Assembly: GCA_003154195.1 (NCBI GenBank)
Contig: PMCS01000018.1
Coordinates: 44,773-108,772 of the forward strand
Reading direction: 5' to 3'
DNA from: Candidatus Omnitrophota bacterium
Lineage (GTDB): Bacteria > Omnitrophota > Gorgyraeia > Duberdicusellales > 4484-171
DNA: 64,000 bases
This document shows, piece after piece, positions 63,046 through 64,000 of the stretch (position 1 is the first letter of the stretch; each line of letters starts with the position of its first letter). The notes under the pieces are model-generated. The model had not been told where the DNA came from. It made no database searches and saw only the letters and a list, made by a program, of their open reading frames with translations. Made by a program: the position numbers and the translations under genes.

Positions 63046-64000
63046 GTTTTTACTTTTTGCCCATAACTCCTGATACGTAAAGTACGCTTTTTTAAGCTCG
63101 CGTAAATAGGGCGAGTTTTTGCCGTTTCCCTGGCCGCAGATACCCAGCCACTCCTCATGCATATAGCCGTCCAGAAACGGCCCGGACCATAATCCTTTTT
63201 TATCATGATAAAACGGTTCGTAGGCTTTCCACCATTCGTCGAGCCATTCAAAGGCGTATCCGCCGACGGCATTACCCGCGCCAAAGCCGCAGGAGTTATT
63301 TTTTATGTCCTGCCAGGCGTTACGATGGTATTGGGCCTGGAACCCTTCCGCTTCCGGCAGGGTATAATTCTTTGCGTAAGAAGCCGCGCCGTACTCGGTG
63401 ATCATCGCCGGCCGGTCAGCAGCGCGCTTCACCTCTTCCCAGAAGTCAAGAAAACCATATTTCCCCCGGTAGGAATTTGCTCCGTAGACGTCGACGTCGG
63501 GGCAGTTTGCGCCAAAGATATCCAAATCGAGCGTATCGCCGCCGGCGATACCAACGGGACGCTTTTGGGGGTCGAGCGATTTTATCAGCTTTGTCGCCTC
63601 GTTGACAAACTTAAAAAAGCTTTCCGGTTTTTTATTGGCGTTACAGCCATAACCATAAACATTTTCGTTGCCTAAAAGCCACATTAAAATAAAAGGTTCG
63701 TTTTTAAACTCCTCGACCATTGCTTTGACGCATTCCAGCATTTTCGCTTTTTGGACGGGATCGTCGTAGTCGGTTCCCTGTTCCCAGCTGGCGCCGCTGC
63801 CGATGGCATATTTGCCCAGAAAATCGCCCATTGCCGTATATATCCCGTAATTTTCGTAAAGTTTCCGCAGGAGTTCTTTATTATTCAGCAATGAAGGATT
63901 ATCCTTAAACGGTTTCTGATAAAGGCGGATGCAATTGACGCCCATTTCTTTCATCAATTGGAAATCGCCCGTGATTTTTTCATCGGGGTCACGGGTATTA
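63034..64000 (-). CDS. Second clan GH-A glycoside hydrolase-like paralog, N-terminus beyond window
   Basis: LLGNENV and ITEYGAAS sequons. Aligns to 60121-61401 from its residue ~70 onward, so the real start lies past 64000. Confidence 0.55.
   Translation of the reverse strand, partial: NTRDPDEKITGDFQLMKEMGVNCIRLYQKPFKDNPSLLNNKELLRKLYENYGIYTAMGDFLGKYAIGSGASWEQGTDYDDPVQKAKMLECVKAMVEEFKNEPFILMWLLGNENVYGYGCNANKKPESFFKFVNEATKLIKSLDPQKRPVGIAGGDTLDLDIFGANCPDVDVYGANSYRGKYGFLDFWEEVKRAADRPAMITEYGAASYAKNYTLPEAEGFQAQYHRNAWQDIKNNSCGFGAGNAVGGYAFEWLDEWWKAYEPFYHDKKGLWSGPFLDGYMHEEWLGICGQGNGKNSPYLRELKKAYFTYQELWAKSKNEGY

Noticed and set aside
62964-63284. 106-aa minus-strand ORF
   Set aside because: It is in an alternative frame, spanning the palindrome at 62925-63045 and the 3' end of the GH paralog. 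The GH reading frame has clear homology to 60121-61401.
1-64000. tRNA/rRNA genes
   Set aside because: No cloverleaf-compatible segments or rRNA-like conserved stretches were seen. The only larger non-coding gaps are explained by repeats or promoter regions.

Overview
This is a 64-kb window from an uncultured, LPS-producing (diderm) anaerobe with moderate GC. Essentially every gene is on the minus strand, and no rRNA, tRNA or CRISPR array was found.

Read from high to low coordinates, the window contains:
1. A paired glycoside-hydrolase / tandem carbohydrate-binding-like cluster (60.1-64.0 kb).
2. Housekeeping genes: acyl-CoA dehydrogenase, aroK, dprA, topA, xerC/D.
3. An LPS core/lipid A locus: waaA, lpxK, an LpxL-like fusion, a GT4-GT9 fusion, GT4, a polysaccharide deacetylase and three GT9 heptosyltransferases. 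It is interrupted by a nucleotidyltransferase gene and a repeat-dense 420-bp gap.
4. An ~18-kb redox locus: Rex, then an AsrA/AsrB-like NAD(P)-binding Fe-S pair, a polyferredoxin, a complete group-4 membrane-bound [NiFe] hydrogenase (NuoH/B/C/D-like subunits) and a full Mrp antiporter module (MrpA, B, C, D, E, F, G).
5. A maturation cluster directly downstream of the hydrogenase: HycI-type endopeptidase, a zinc-finger-less HypA, a HypC-domain fused to a HydE-like radical SAM enzyme, and a HydG-like radical SAM enzyme. HydG and HydE are normally [FeFe]-hydrogenase maturases, yet no [FeFe] hydrogenase, HydF or HypD/E/F is visible here. This is the most unusual feature and may be an undescribed radical-SAM route for [NiFe] Fe(CN)2CO ligand synthesis.
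6. Further genes: a HAD hydrolase, a PaaX-like regulator flanked by two copies of a 30-bp palindrome, and a 638-aa Gly/Tyr-rich repeat surface protein.
7. A membrane adenylate cyclase next to a metallophosphoesterase, then RmuC, a thioesterase, DUF192, an alpha/beta hydrolase, a DEAD-box helicase, SUI1 and RadC.
8. An accessory cassette (1.7-7.1 kb) of secreted ankyrin-repeat proteins and a paralogous 150-aa-domain family with mosaic near-identical 5' leaders.

The intergenic space is unusually rich in several distinct families of long imperfect palindromes built from short units, inverted-repeat (MITE-like) elements, and a recurrent T-run/GC/A-run palindrome placed immediately upstream of start codons.
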